DNA from: Macrostomum lignano
Lineage: Eukaryota
DNA: 64,000 nt
Assembly: GCA_002269645.1 (NCBI GenBank)
Contig: NIVC01000010.1
Coordinates: 1,054,001-1,118,000, forward strand
Direction: 5' to 3'
A model generated the notes under the pieces. It was not told the origin of the DNA, ran no database searches, and saw only the letters and a list, made by a program, of their open reading frames with translations. The translations under genes were made by a program, and so were the position numbers. This document shows, piece after piece, positions 1 to 12,374 of the stretch (position 1 is its first letter; each line of letters opens with the position of its first letter).

Positions 1-103
1 CTTATGCGAGTCCCAAACTTTCGATTATACCTATGTATTCAACCTACTTCTACAGATATCTTGCCATCGAAAATTTATGAGAGTCCCTTGTGTCTCAGAG
101 TCT

Positions 104-630
104 CGTGTCTGATCGTACCGTGTCTGAAATGACTTATGTCTGATAGTCCCGTGTCTGAAATGACTTATGTCTGATAGTCCCGTGTCTGAAATGACTTATG
201 TCTGATAGTCCCGTGTCTGAAATGACTTATGTCTGATAGTACCGCGTCTGAAATGACTTATGTCTGATAGTACCGTGTCTGAAAAGACTTATGTCTGATA
301 GTCCCGTGTCTGAAATGACTTATGTCTGATAGTCCCGTGTCTGAAAAGACTTATGTCTGATAGTACCGTGTCTGAAATGACTTATGTCTGATAGCACCGT
401 GTCTGAAATGACTTATGTCTGATAGTCCCGTGTCTGAAATGACTTATGTCTGATCGTACCGTGTCTGAAATGACTTATGTCTGATAGTACCGTGTCTGAA
501 ATGACTTATGTCTGATAGCACCGTGTCTGAAATGACTTATGTCTGATAGTACCGTGTCTGAAATGACTTATGTCTGATAGCACCGTGTCTGAAATGACTT
601 ATGTCTGATAGTCTCGTGTCTGAAATGTCC
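104..630. repeat. 31-bp minisatellite (GTCTGAAATGACTTATGTCTGATAGTCCCGT), ~16 copies
   Basis: Direct tandem repeat visible; variants only in the TAGTCC/TAGTAC/TAGCAC part. Confidence 0.95.
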
Positions 631-1815
631 TACATGTTGTCTGAGAGTCCCTTTCTGAGAATCTCGGGTCTGAGGGCAAAGATCCCAGAGTTGAACTTGT
701 CGAACCCAAATTTAATAGCAATCTCTTTTCTATTGTCAATTGAAATGGATTAGCCATACACTTTAAGCCTCAGGATCAGTTTTACTGTCAAATGCACCTG
801 TCTCAGCAGTTGAGCTGGGCCTCCCAACATGCGAAATTGACACCCCCACAGACAGAAAGCTTAGATTGAATTTCAATAAACATATACTCGTAACTGAATT
901 TGACATATTGACAGTGAAATGCGCAACAGATGGTCCGGGGTAAATGAGGTTTAATCTTGACTGTATTTCACATTAATCGTATTAGTGCGTCAAAAACTTG
1001 TACATATTACCCCCTTCATCTGTTGTGACAAAATTATTTAGCTATGAGAGGTCACGAGCTATTTACTACGGTTCTGCAACCCCTGTCCTCGTATCGTCCG
1101 ACTTGAAACCGCTCTCCCGCTGGTAAACAGTTCAACATAAAGCTGCGTAAACTTCTATAGCGGTCCTTGGGTGTCCACCGGTCAGTGGTTCTGGACAGCC
1201 GAGGACAGGACAGACACCATTAGTGCCCGTTCTGTCAGATGACAGCAGATTGCTGAGCACTAAGGCATCTCAGACCGAATTTTAGGTGGCATGGAAAGTC
1301 CCGTGGAAAGTGATGGCGACCGTGTTTAAGTAATCAATCAATAAAAACTATTCATTCAACTCTTTTATAAGCTATAATTGTCACAACGAAGTAGTGTAGT
1401 AATTTATGACTTGTTTAAGAAAAAAATCATTATAATTTCTTAGGAGTTGCTTCTACACTATTGAACTCAAGGTAGTAAAAGTGTCTGATTTATGCAAATT
1501 TATGCAAGACAAATATTTTATGCATTGTCACATCTCTCTAATATTGCCAGTCAGCGTCGATGAAGGCTACAGGGGAAGAACCGTTCACTCCTTAAATGCA
1601 GCCCGTCTTTTATAGAAAAGCTTAGAAATTTCTTGTTGTTAAAACAAGCTCACTGCTGCCGGCTGATCTGGTTTCTTCCATGTCAAACTTTTAGACTCTG
1701 GACCTGGGTGAATCTCTTTTCTGTAAGTCATCAAGTTACCCGATTGTTCTGGCGCAGATGTTGCCCCCGTTGCGCGGTGTCGCATTTCCGATTCTACCCC
1801 CAGTTCTGAATCGTG

Positions 1816-1822
1816 TATAAAT
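1816..1822 (+). promoter_or_regulatory. TATA box of the secreted Cys-rich gene
   Basis: TATAAAT about 105 nt upstream of the ATG at 1924. Confidence 0.5.
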
Positions 1823-1923
1823 GACAGCGCTTGTTGAACGTCTCCTGCAAGCTACTCACTAAACTACCCACAGTTCAAGTTGGTATTGAAGCAACCCCCA
1901 GCACTCCATATCGCTCCAAAGCC

Positions 1924-2343
1924 ATGTCCAAGCGTTGCTATCTGCTAGCTCTGGCCCTCTGCGCCCTCCTCGGCCTCGTCTTGGCCAGCGGCGACGCCGA
2001 GTGCGCCAGCGAGCGCCGGACCAAGACGGCCAATCTGGGCGGCAAGGTGATCAGTCAGAGTCTTGTCCGCATGCGGGTCGGCACCGGCCAGTGCCTGTGG
2101 GTCCGGGAGGGCAGCACGCCGAACAGGTACCGATCCGAGAGCTGCATGAACTGCCGCGTGTACGGCAGCAACCAGGTGTACTGCACCGGCGCTCCCTCCA
2201 TGGCCGTTCCACCGCCATGCGTTGTGGCACTGGGACCCGACTGCTCCTGGCACACCGTGGACCCGACTGACAAGACCAAAGCCTGCGACCCGGCCGCTCT
2301 GATGAAGAAGATGCTGGCTGCAGGACCTCCGCCTCTGCCATGA
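1924..2343 (+). CDS. Intronless secreted Cys-rich protein, 139 aa, beta-microseminoprotein (PSP94/MSMB)-like
   Basis: ATG in good context (AAAGCCATG), hydrophobic signal peptide MSKRCYLLALALCALLGLVLASG, 8 mature Cys. QCLW..YRSESCMNC..VYC..PPPC..PDCSWHTVDPTDKTKAC aligns by eye with PSP94 KCMD..WQTDNCETC..ISCC..DNC..EDCKYIVVEKKDPKKTC. The TTG start given in the ORF track is upstream of the likely start. Confidence 0.75.
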   Translation: MSKRCYLLALALCALLGLVLASGDAECASERRTKTANLGGKVISQSLVRMRVGTGQCLWVREGSTPNRYRSESCMNCRVYGSNQVYCTGAPSMAVPPPCVVALGPDCSWHTVDPTDKTKACDPAALMKKMLAAGPPPLP

Positions 2344-2544
2344 ATATTTTCCTCTGTTGAACCTATTTAACGGATTAACTGGTTGATTGGCTGAAAAGAA
2401 ATGTGCTAAATACAACAAATATATACTGTGAACCATGAACATCGGATCAGCTTGCTGGTGTAGAAAAATGATTAAAATTAATTTAGGTCTCGAGCAATAG
2501 TGTTAACAAATTCTTCAGAACTGTGAGCAACTCTGGCACACCGG

Positions 2545-2665
2545 CAGGACAGGGGGGACATGCCCCCCCCCCAGTAAAAGTTGTGGGGGACATGCCCCCC
2601 CCCGCCCAGTAAAAGTTGTGGGGGACATGCCCCCCCCGCCCAGTAAAAGTTGTGGGGGACATGCC
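2545..2665. repeat. Three copies of a ~33-bp unit with a GGGGGACATGCCCCCCC palindrome
   Basis: CAGTAAAAGTTGTGGGGGACATGCCCCCCC(C)GCC repeated immediately before the large satellite. Confidence 0.85.
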
Positions 2666-2739
2666 AATGCCTTGCTCCCCCCTCACCCAACCGCATGACC
2701 GGTTATGAAAAATCTATAATTTTGCTTCAGGGCGACAAA

Positions 2740-5700
2740 ATAAGTGCCTGCAGCGCTAAAATGAGTGCCTGCAGCGCTAAAATGAGTGCCTGCAGCGCTA
2801 AAATGAGTGCCTGCGGCGCCAAAATGAGTGCCTGCGGCGCTAAAATGAGTGCCTGCGGCGCTAAAATGAGTGCCTGCGGCGCTAAAATGAGTGCCTGCGG
2901 CGCTAAAATGAGTGCCTGCGGCGCCAAAATGAGTGCCTGCGGCGCTAAAATGAGTGCGGCGCTAAAATGAGTGCCTGCGGCGCCAAAATGAGTGCCTGCG
3001 GCGCTAAAATGAGTGCCTGCGGCGCTAAAATGAGTGCCTGCGGCGCTAAAATGAGTGCCTGTGGCGCTAAATGAGTGCGGCGCTAATATGAGTGCCTGCA
3101 GTGCTAAAATGAGTGCCTGCAGCGCTAAAATGAGTGCCTGCGGCGCCAAAATGAGTGCCTGCGGCGCTAAAATGAGTGCGGCGCTAAAATGAGTGCCTGC
3201 GGCGCCAAAATGAGTGCCTGTAGCGCTAAAATGAGTGCCTGCGGCGCTAAAATGAGTGCCTGCGGCGCCAAAATGAGTGCCTGTAGCGCTAAAATGAGTG
3301 CCTGCGGCGCTAAAATGAGTGCCTGCGGCGCTAAAATGAGTGCCTGCGGCGCTAAAATGAGTGCCTGCGGCGCCAAAATGAGTGCGGCGCTAAAATGAGT
3401 GCCTGCGGCGCCAAAATGAGTGCCTGTAGCGCTAAAATGAGTGCCTGCGGCGCTAAAATGAGTGCCTGCGGCGCTAAAATGAGTGCCTGCGGCGCTAAAA
3501 TGAGTGCCTGCGGCGCTAAAATAAGTGCGGCGCCAAAATGAGTGCCTGTAGCGCTAAAATGAGTGCCTGCGGCGCTAAAAATGAGTGCCTGCGGCGCTAA
3601 AAATGAGTGCCTGCGGCGCTAAAATGAGTGCCTGCGGCGCTAAATGAGTGCGGCGCTAATATGAGTGCCTGCAGTGCTAAAATGAGTGCCTGCAGCGCTA
3701 AAATGAGTGCCTGCGGCGCCAAAATGAGTGCCTGCGGCGCCAAAATGAGTGCCTGCGGCGCTAAAATGAGTGCCTGCGGCGCAAAAATAAGTGCCTGCGG
3801 CGCTAAAATGAGTGCGGCGCTAAAATGAGTGCCTGCGGCGCCAAAATGAGTGCCTGTAGCGCTAAAATGAGTGCCTGCGGCGCTAAAATGAGTGCCTGCG
3901 GCGCTAAAATGAGTGCCTGCGGCGCTAAAATGAGTGCCTGCGGCGCTAAAATGAGTGCCTGCGGCGCTAAAATGAGTGCCTGCGGCGCTAAATGAGTGCG
4001 GCGCTAATATGAGTGCCTGCAGTGCTAAAATGAGTGCCTGCAGCGCTAAAATGAGTGCCTGCGGCGCCAAAATGAGTGCCTGCGGCGCTAAAATGAGTGC
4101 CTGCGGCGCTAAAATGAGTGCCTGCGGCGCTAAAATGAGTGCCTGCGGCGCTAAAATGAGTGCCTGCGGCGCTAAAATGAGTGCCTGCGGCGCTAAAATG
4201 AGTGCCTGCGACGCTAAAATGAGTGCCTGCGGCGCTAAAATGAGTGCGGCGCTAAAATGAGTGCCTGCGGCGCTAAAATGAGTGCGGCGCTAAAATGAGT
4301 GCCTGCGGCGCCAAAATGAGTGCCTGTAGCGCTAAAATGAGTGCCTGCGGCGCTAAAATGAGTGCCTGCGGCGCTAAAATGAGTGCCTGCGGCGCTAAAA
4401 TGAGTGCCTGCGGCGCTAAAATAAGTGCCTGCGGCGCTAAAATGAGTGCGGCGCTAAAATGAGTGCCTGCGGCGCCAAAATGAGTGCCTGTAGCGCTAAA
4501 ATGAGTGCCTGCGGCGCCAAAATAAATGCCTGTAGCGCTAAAATGAGTGCCTGCGGCGCTAAAATGAGTGCCTGCGGTGCTAAAATGAGTGCCTGCGGCG
4601 CTAAAATGAGTGCCTGCGGCGCTAAAATGAGTGCCTGCGGCGCTAAAATGAGTGCCTGCGGCGCTAAAATGAGTGCCTGCGGCGCTAAAATGAGTGCCTG
4701 CGGCGCTAAAATGAGTGCCTGCGGCGCTAAAATGAGTGCCTGCGGCTCTAAAAGGAGTGCGGCGCCAAAATGAGTGCCTGCGGCGCTAAAATGAGTGCCT
4801 GCGGCGCCAAAATGAGTGCCTGCGGCGCTAAAATGAGTGCCTGCGGCGCTAAAATGAGTGCCTGCGGCGCTAAAATGAGTGCCTGCGGCGCTAAAATGAG
4901 TGCCTGCGGCGCTAAAATGAGTGCCTGCGGCGCTAAAATGAGTGCCTGCGGCTCTAAAATGAGTGCCTGCGGCGCTAAAATGAGTGCGGCGCTAAAATGA
5001 GTGCCTGCGGCGCCAAAATGAGTGCCTGTAGCGCTAAAATGAGTGCCTGCGGCGCTAAAATGAGTGCCTGCGGCGCTAAAATGAGTGCCTGCGGCGCTAA
5101 AATGAGTGCCTGCGGCGCTAAAATGAGTGCCTGCGACGCTAAAATGAGTGCCTGCGGCGCTAAAATGAGTGCGGCGCTAAAATGAGTGCCTGCGGCGCTA
5201 AAATGAGTGCGGCGCTAAAATGAGTGCCTGCGGCGCCAAAATGAGTGCCTGTAGCGCTAAAATGAGTGCCTGCGGCGCTAAAATGAGTGCCTGCGGCGCT
5301 AAAATGAGTGCCTGCGGCGCTAAAATGAGTGCCTGCGGCGCTAAAATGAGTGCCTGCGGCGCTAAAATGAGTGCCTGCGGCTCTAAAAAGAGTGCGGCGC
5401 CAAAATGAGTGCCTGCGGCGCTAAAATGAGTGCCTGCGGCGCCAAAATGAGTGCCTGCGGCGCTAAAATGAGTGCCTGCGGCGCTAAAATGAGTGCCTGC
5501 GGCGCTAAAATGAGTGCCTGCGGCGCTAAAATGAGTGCCTGCGGCGCTAAAATGAGTGCCTGCGGCGCTAAAATGAGTGCCTGCGGCTCTAAAAGGAGTG
5601 CGGCGCCAAAATGAGTGCCTGCGGCTCTAAAAGAGTGCGGCGCCAAAATGAGTGCCTGCGGCGCCAAAATGAGTGCCTGTAGCGCTAAAATGAGTGCCTG

Positions 5701-8700
5701 CGGCGCTAAAATGAGTGCCTGCGGCGCTAAAATGAGTGCCTGCGGCGCTAAAATGAGTGCGGCGCTAAAATGAGTGCCTGCGGCGCTAAAATGAGTGCCT
5801 GCGGCGCAAAAATGAGTGCCTGCGGCGCTAAAATGAGTGCGGCGCTAAAATGAGTGCCTGCGGCGCCAAAATGAGTGCCTGTAGCGCTAAAATGAGTGCC
5901 TGCGGCGCTAAAATGAGTGCCTGCGGCGCTAAAATGAGTGCCTGCGGCGCTAAAATGAGTGCCTGCGGCGCCAAAATGAGTGCGGCGCTAAAATGAGTGC
6001 CTGCGGCGCCAAAATGAGTGCCTGTAGCGCTAAAATGAGTGCCTGCGGCGCTAAAATGAGTGCCTGCGGCGCTAAAATGAGTGCCTGCGGCGCTAAAATG
6101 AGTGCCTGCGGCGCTAAAATGAGTGCGGCGCCAAAATGAGTGCCTGTAGCGCTAAAATGAGTGCCTGCGGCGCTAAAATGAGTGCCTGCGGCGCTAAAAT
6201 GAGTGCCTGCGGCGCTAAAATGAGTGCCTGCGGCGCTAAATGAGTGCGGCGCTAATAGTGCCTGCGTGCTAAAATGAGTGCCTGCGCGCTAAAATGAGTG
6301 CCTGCGGCGCCAAAATGAGTGCCTGCGGCGCTAAAATGAGTGCCTGCGGCGCTAAAATGAGTGCCTGCGGCGCTAAAATGAGTGCCTGCGGCGCTAAAAT
6401 GAGTGCCTGCGGCGCTAAATGAGTGCGGCGCTAAATGAGTGCCTGCGTGCTAAAATGAGTGCCTGCGCGCTAAAATGAGTGCCTGCGGCGCCAAAATGAG
6501 TGCCTGCGGCGCTAAAATGAGTGCCTGCGGCGCTAAAATGAGTGCCTGCGGCGCTAAAATGAGTGCCTGCGGCGCTAAAATGAGTGCCTGCGGCGCTAAA
6601 ATGAGTGCCTGCGGCGCTAAAATGAGTGCCTGCGGCGCTAAAATGAGTGCGGCGCTAAAATGAGTGCCTGCGGCGCCAAAATGATTGCCTGCGGCGCTAA
6701 AAATGAGTGCCTGCGGCGCTAAAATGAGTGCCTGCGGCGCTAAAATGAGTGCCTGCGCGCTAAAATGAGTGCCTGCGGCTCTAAAAAGAGTGCGGCGCCA
6801 AAATGAGTGCCTGCGGCTCTAAAAGGAGTGCCTGCGGCGCTAAAATGAGTGCCTGCGGCGCCGAAATGAGTGCCTGCAGCGCTAAAATGAGTGCCTGCGG
6901 CGCTAAAATGAGTGCCTGCGGCGCTAAAATGAGTGCCTGCGGCGCTAAAATGAGTGCCTGCGGCGCTAAAATGAGTGCCTGCGGCGCTAAAATGAGTGCC
7001 TGCGGCGCTAAAATGAGTGCCTGCGGCGCTAAAATGAGTGCCTGCGGCGCTAAAATGAGTGCCTGCGGCGCTAAAATGAGTGCCTGCGGCGCTAAAATGA
7101 GTGCCTGCGGCTCTAAAAGGAGTGCGGCGCCAAAATGAGTGCCTGCGGCTCTAAAAGAGTGCGGCGCCAAAATGAGTGCCTGCGGCGCCAAAATGAGTGC
7201 CTGTAGCGCTAAAATGAGTGCCTGCGGCGCTAAAATGAGTGCCTGCGGCGCTAAAATGAGTGCCTGCGGCGCTAAAATGAGTGCGGCGTTAAAATGAGTG
7301 CCTGCGGCGCTAAAATGAGTGCCTGCGGCGCAAAAATGAGTGCCTGCGGCGCTAAAATGAGTGCGGCGCTAAAATGAGTGCCTGCGGCGCTAAAATGAGT
7401 GCCTGGCGCTAAAATGAGTGCCTGCGGCGCTAAAATGAGTGCCTGCGGCGCTAAAATGAGTGCCTGCGGCGCCAAAATGAGTGCCTGTAGCGCTAAAATG
7501 AGTGCCTGCGGCGCTAAAATGAGTGCCTGCGGCGCTAAAATGAGTGCCTGCGGCGCTAAAATGAGTGCCTGCGGCGCTAAAATGAGTGCCTGCGGCGCTA
7601 AAATGAGTGCGGCGCTAAAATGAGTGCCTGCGGCGCCAAAATGAGTGCCTGCGCTAAAATGAGTGCCTGCGGCGCTAAAATGAGTGCCTGCGGCGCTAAA
7701 ATGAGTGCCTGCGGCGCTAAAATGAGTGCCTGCGGCGCTAAAATGAGTGCGGCGCTAAAATGAGTGCCTGCGGCGCTAAAATGAGTGCGGCGCTAAATGA
7801 GTGCCTGCGGCTAAAATGAGTGCCTGCGCGCTAAAATGAGTGCCTGCGGCGCCAAAATGAGTGCCTGCGGCGCAAAATGAGTGCCTGCGGCGCTAAAATG
7901 AGTGCCTGCGGCGCAAAATGAGTGCCTGCGGCGCTAAAATGAGTGCGGCGCTAAAATGAGTGCCTGCGGCGCTAAAATGAGTGCCTGCGCGCTAAAATGA
8001 GTGCCTGCGGCGCTAAAATGAGTGCCTGCGGCGCTAAAATGAGTGCCTGCGGCGCTAAAATGAGTGCCTGCGGCGCTAAAATGAGTGCCTGCGGCGCTAA
8101 AATGAGTGCCTGCGGCGCTAAAATGAGTGCGGCGCTAAATGAGTGCCTGCGGCTAAAATGAGTGCCTGCGCGCTAAAATGAGTGCCTGCGGCGCTAAAAT
8201 GAGTGCCTGCGGCGCTAAAATGAGTGCCTGCGGCGCTAAAATGAGTGCCTGCGGCGCTAAAATGAGTGCCTGCGGCGCTAAAATGAGTGCCTGCGGCGCT
8301 AAAATGAGTGCCTGCGGCGCTAAAATGAGTGCCTGCGGCGCTAAAATGAGTGCGGCGCTAAAATGAGTGCCTGCGGCGCTAAAATGAGTGCCTGCGGCGC
8401 TAAAATGAGTGCCTGCGGCGCTAAAATGAGTGCCTGCGGCGCTAAAATGAGTGCCTGCGGCGCTAAAATGAGTGCCTGCGGCTCTAAAAAGAGTGCGGCG
8501 CCAAAATGAGTGCCTGCGGCGCTAAAATGAGTGCCTGCGGCGCTAAAATGAGTGCCTGCGGCGCTAAAATGAGTGCCTGCGGCGCTAAAATGAGTGCCTG
8601 CGGCGCTAAATGAGTGCGGCGCTAAAATGAGTGCCTGCGGCTAAAATGAGTGCCTGCGCGCTAAAATGAGTGCCTGCGGCGCTAAAATGAGTGCCTGCGG

Positions 8701-11700
8701 CGCTAAAATGAGTGCCTGCGGCGCTAAAATGAGTGCCTGCGGCGCTAAAATGAGTGCCTGCGGCGCTAAAATGAGTGCCTGCGGCGCTAAAATGAGTGCC
8801 TGCGGCGCTAAAATGAGTGCCTGCGGCGCTAAAATGAGTGCGGCGCTAAAATGAGTGCCTGCGGCGCTAAAATGAGTGCCTGCGGCGCTAAAATGAGTGC
8901 CTGCGGCGCTAAAATGAGTGCCTGCGGCGCTAAAATGAGTGCCTGCGGCGCTAAAATGAGTGCCTGCGGCGCTAAAATGAGTGCGGCGCCAAAATGAGTG
9001 CCTGCGGCGCTAAAATGAGTGCCTGCGGCGCTAAAATGAGTGCCTGCGGCGCTAAAATGAGTGTGCGGCGCCAAAATGAGTGCCTGCGGCGCTAAAATGA
9101 GTGCCTGCGGCGCTAAAATGAGTGCCTGCGGCGCTAAAATGAGTGCGGCGCTAAAATGAGTGCCTGCGGCTAAAATGAGTGCCTGCGCGCTAAAATGAGT
9201 GCCTGCGGCGCTAAAATGAGTGCCTGCGGCGCTAAAATGAGTGCCTGCGGCGCTAAAATGAGTGCCTGCGGCGCTAAAATGAGTGCCTGCGGCGCTAAAA
9301 TGAGTGCCTGCGGCGCTAAAATGAGTGCCTGCGGCGCTAAAATGAGTGCCTGCGGCGCTAAAATGAGTGCGGCGCTAAAATGAGTGCCTGCGGCGCTAAA
9401 ATGAGTGCGGCGCTAAAATGAGTGCCTGCGGCGCTAAAATGAGTGCGGCGCTAAAATGAGTGCCTGCGGCGCTAAAATGAGTGCCTGGCGCTAAAATGAG
9501 TGCCTGCGGCGCTAAAATGAGTGCCTGCGGCGCTAAAATGAGTGCCTGCGGCGCTAAAATGAGTGCCTGCGGCGCTAAAATGAGTGCCTGCGGCGCTAAA
9601 ATGAGTGCCTGCGGCGCTAAAATGAGTGCCTGCGGCGCTAAAATGAGTGCCTGCGGCTCTAAAAGGAGTGCGGCGCCAAAATGAGTGCCTGCGGCGCTAA
9701 AATGAGTGCGGCGCTAAAATGAGTGCCTGCGGCGCTAAAATGAGTGCCTGCGGCGCTAAAATGAGTGCCTGCGGCGCTAAAATGAGTGCCTGCGGCGCTA
9801 AAATGAGTGCCTGCGGCGCTAAAATGAGTGCCTGCGGCGCTAAAATGAGTGCCTGCGGCGCTAAAATGAGTGCCTGCGGCGCTAAAATGAGTGCCTGCGG
9901 CGCTAAAATGAGTGCCTGCGGCGCTAAAATGAGTGCCTGCGGCGCTAAAATGAGTGCCTGCGGCGCTAAAATGAGTGCCTGCGGCGCTAAAATGAGTGCC
10001 TGCGGCGCTAAAATGAGTGCCTGCGGCGCTAAAATGAGTGCCTGCGGCGCTAAAATGAGTGCCTGCGGCGCTAAAATGAGTGCCTGCGGCGCTAAAATGA
10101 GTGCCTGCGGCGCTAAAATGAGTGCCTGCGGCGTAAAATGAGTGCCTGCGGCGCTAAAATGAGTGCCTGCGGCGCTAAAATGAGTGCCTGCGGCGCTAAA
10201 ATGAGTGCCTGGCGCTAAAATGAGTGCCTGCGGCGCTAAAATGAGTGCCTGCGGCGCTAAAATGAGTGCCTGCGGCGCTAAAATGAGTGCCTGCGGCGCT
10301 AAAATGAGTGCCTGCGGCGCTAAAATGAGTGCCTGCGGCGCTAAAATGAGTGCCTGCGGCGCTAAAATGAGTGCCTGCGGCGCTAAAATGAGTGCCTGCG
10401 GCGCTAAAATGAGTGCCTGCGGCGCTAAAATGAGTGCCTGCGGCGCTAAAATGAGTGCCTGCGGCGCTAAAATGAGTGCCTGCGGCGCTAAAATGAGTGC
10501 CTGCGGCGCTAAAATGAGTGCCTGCGGCGCTAAAATGAGTGCCTGCGGCGCTAAAATGAGTGCCTGCGGCGCTAAAATGAGTGCCTGCGCTAAAATGAGT
10601 GCCTGCGGCTCTAAAATGAGTGCGGCGCCAAAATGAGTGCCTGCGGCGCTAAAATGAGTGCCTGGCGCTAAAATGAGTGCCTGCGGCGCTAAAATGAGTG
10701 CCTGCGGCGCTAAAATGAGTGCCTGCGGCGCTAAAATGAGTGCCTGCGGCGCTAAAATGAGTGCCTGCGGCGCTAAAATGAGTGCCTGCGGCGCTAAAAT
10801 GAGTGCCTGCGGCGCTAAAATGAGTGCGGCGCTAAAATGAGTGCCTGCGGCGCTAAAATGAGTGCGGCGCTAAAATGAGTGCCTGCGGCTCTAAAAGGAG
10901 TGCGGCGCCAAAATGAGTGCCTGCGGCGCTAAAATGAGTGCCTGCGGCGCTAAAATGAGTGCCTGCGGCGCTAAAATGAGTGCCTGCGGCGCTAAAATGA
11001 GTGCCTGCGGCGCTAAAATGAGTGCCTGCGGCGCTAAAATGAGTGCCTGCGGCGCTAAAATGAGTGCCTGCGGCGCTAAAATGAGTGCCTGCGGCGCTAA
11101 AATGAGTGCCTGCGGCTCTAAAATGAGTGCGCGGCGCCAAAATGAGTGCCTGCGGCGCTAAAATGAGTGCCTGCGGCGCTAAAATGAGTGCCTGCGGCGC
11201 TAAAATGAGTGCCTGCGGCGCTAAAATGAGTGCCTGCGGCGCTAAAATGAGTGCCTGCGGCGCTAAAATGAGTGCCTGCGGCGCTAAAATGAGTGCCTGC
11301 GGCGCTAAAATGAGTGCCTGCGGCGCTAAAATGAGTGCCTGCGGCGCTAAAATGAGTGCCTGCGGCGCTAAAATGAGTGCCTGCGGCGCTAAAATGAGTG
11401 CCTGCGGCGCTAAAATGAGTGCCTGCGGCGCTAAAATGAGTGCCTGCGCGCTAAAATGAGTGCCTGCGGCTAAAATGAGTGCCTGCGGCGCTAAAATGAG
11501 TGCCTGCGGCGCTAAAATGAGTGCCTGCGGCGCTAAAATGAGTGCCTGCGCTAAAATGAGTGCCTGCGGCGCTAAAATGAGTGCCTGCGGCGCTAAAATG
11601 AGTGCCTGCGGCGCTAAAATGAGTGCCTGCGGCGCTAAAATGAGTGCCTGCGGCGCTAAAATGAGTGCCTGCGGCGCTAAAATGAGTGCCTGCGGCGCTA

Positions 11701-12285
11701 AAATGAGTGCCTGCGGCGCTAAAATGAGTGCCTGCGGCGCTAAAATGAGTGCCTGCGGCGCTAAAATGAGTGCCTGCGGCGCTAAAATGAGTGCCTGCGG
11801 CGCTAAAATGAGTGCCTGCGGCGCTAAAATGAGTGCCTGCGGCGCTAAAATGAGTGCCTGCGGCGCTAAAATGAGTGCCTGCGGCGCTAAAATGAGTGCC
11901 TGCGGCGCTAAAATGAGTGCCTGCGGCGCTAAAATGAGTGCCTGCGGCGCTAAAATGAGTGCCTGCGGCGCTAAAATGAGTGCCTGCGGCGCTAAAATGA
12001 GTGCCTGCGGCTCTAAAAGAGTGCCTGCGCGCTAAAATGAGTGCCTGCGGCGCTAAAATGAGTGCCTGCGGCGCTAAAATGAGTGCCTGCGGCGCCAAAA
12101 TGAGTGCCTGCAGCGCTAAAATGAGTGCCTGCGGCGCCAAAATGAGTGCCTGCGGCGCTAAAATGAGTGCCTGCAGCGCTAAAATGAGTGCCTGCGGCGC
12201 TAAAATGAGTGCCTGCGGCGCTAAAATGAGTGCCTGCAGCGCTAAAAAAAATGCGGCGCTAAAATGAGTGCCTGCGGCGCCAAGT
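2740..12285 (+). repeat. ~9.5-kb satellite of a 21-bp unit GCTAAAATGAGTGCCTGCGGC with 17-bp deletion variants
   Basis: Continuous array; source of all MSACGAK/APQALIL/AAGTHFS ORFs. Confidence 0.98.
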
Positions 12286-12289
12286 GAGC

Positions 12290-12374
12290 GCTGGCAACAC
12301 CGATTTTGAAAATAGTGTACATGTAGAATTCTTGGCTTTGTCCCCCCACCAAAAAATCCATGCCGACGCCCCTG
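12290..12374 (-). mobile_element. Terminus of a CAGGGGCG-ended non-autonomous DNA element (hAT/Tip100-like) abutting the satellite
   Basis: Reverse strand reads CAGGGGCGTCGGCATGGATTTTTTGGTGGGGGGACAAAG. No matching left TIR found. Confidence 0.4.

Noticed and set aside
2650-12267. Dozens of MSACGAK / APQALIL / AAGTHFS ORFs
   Set aside because: Translation of a 21-bp satellite with an ATG in every unit; frames are broken by 17-bp and single-base indel variants.
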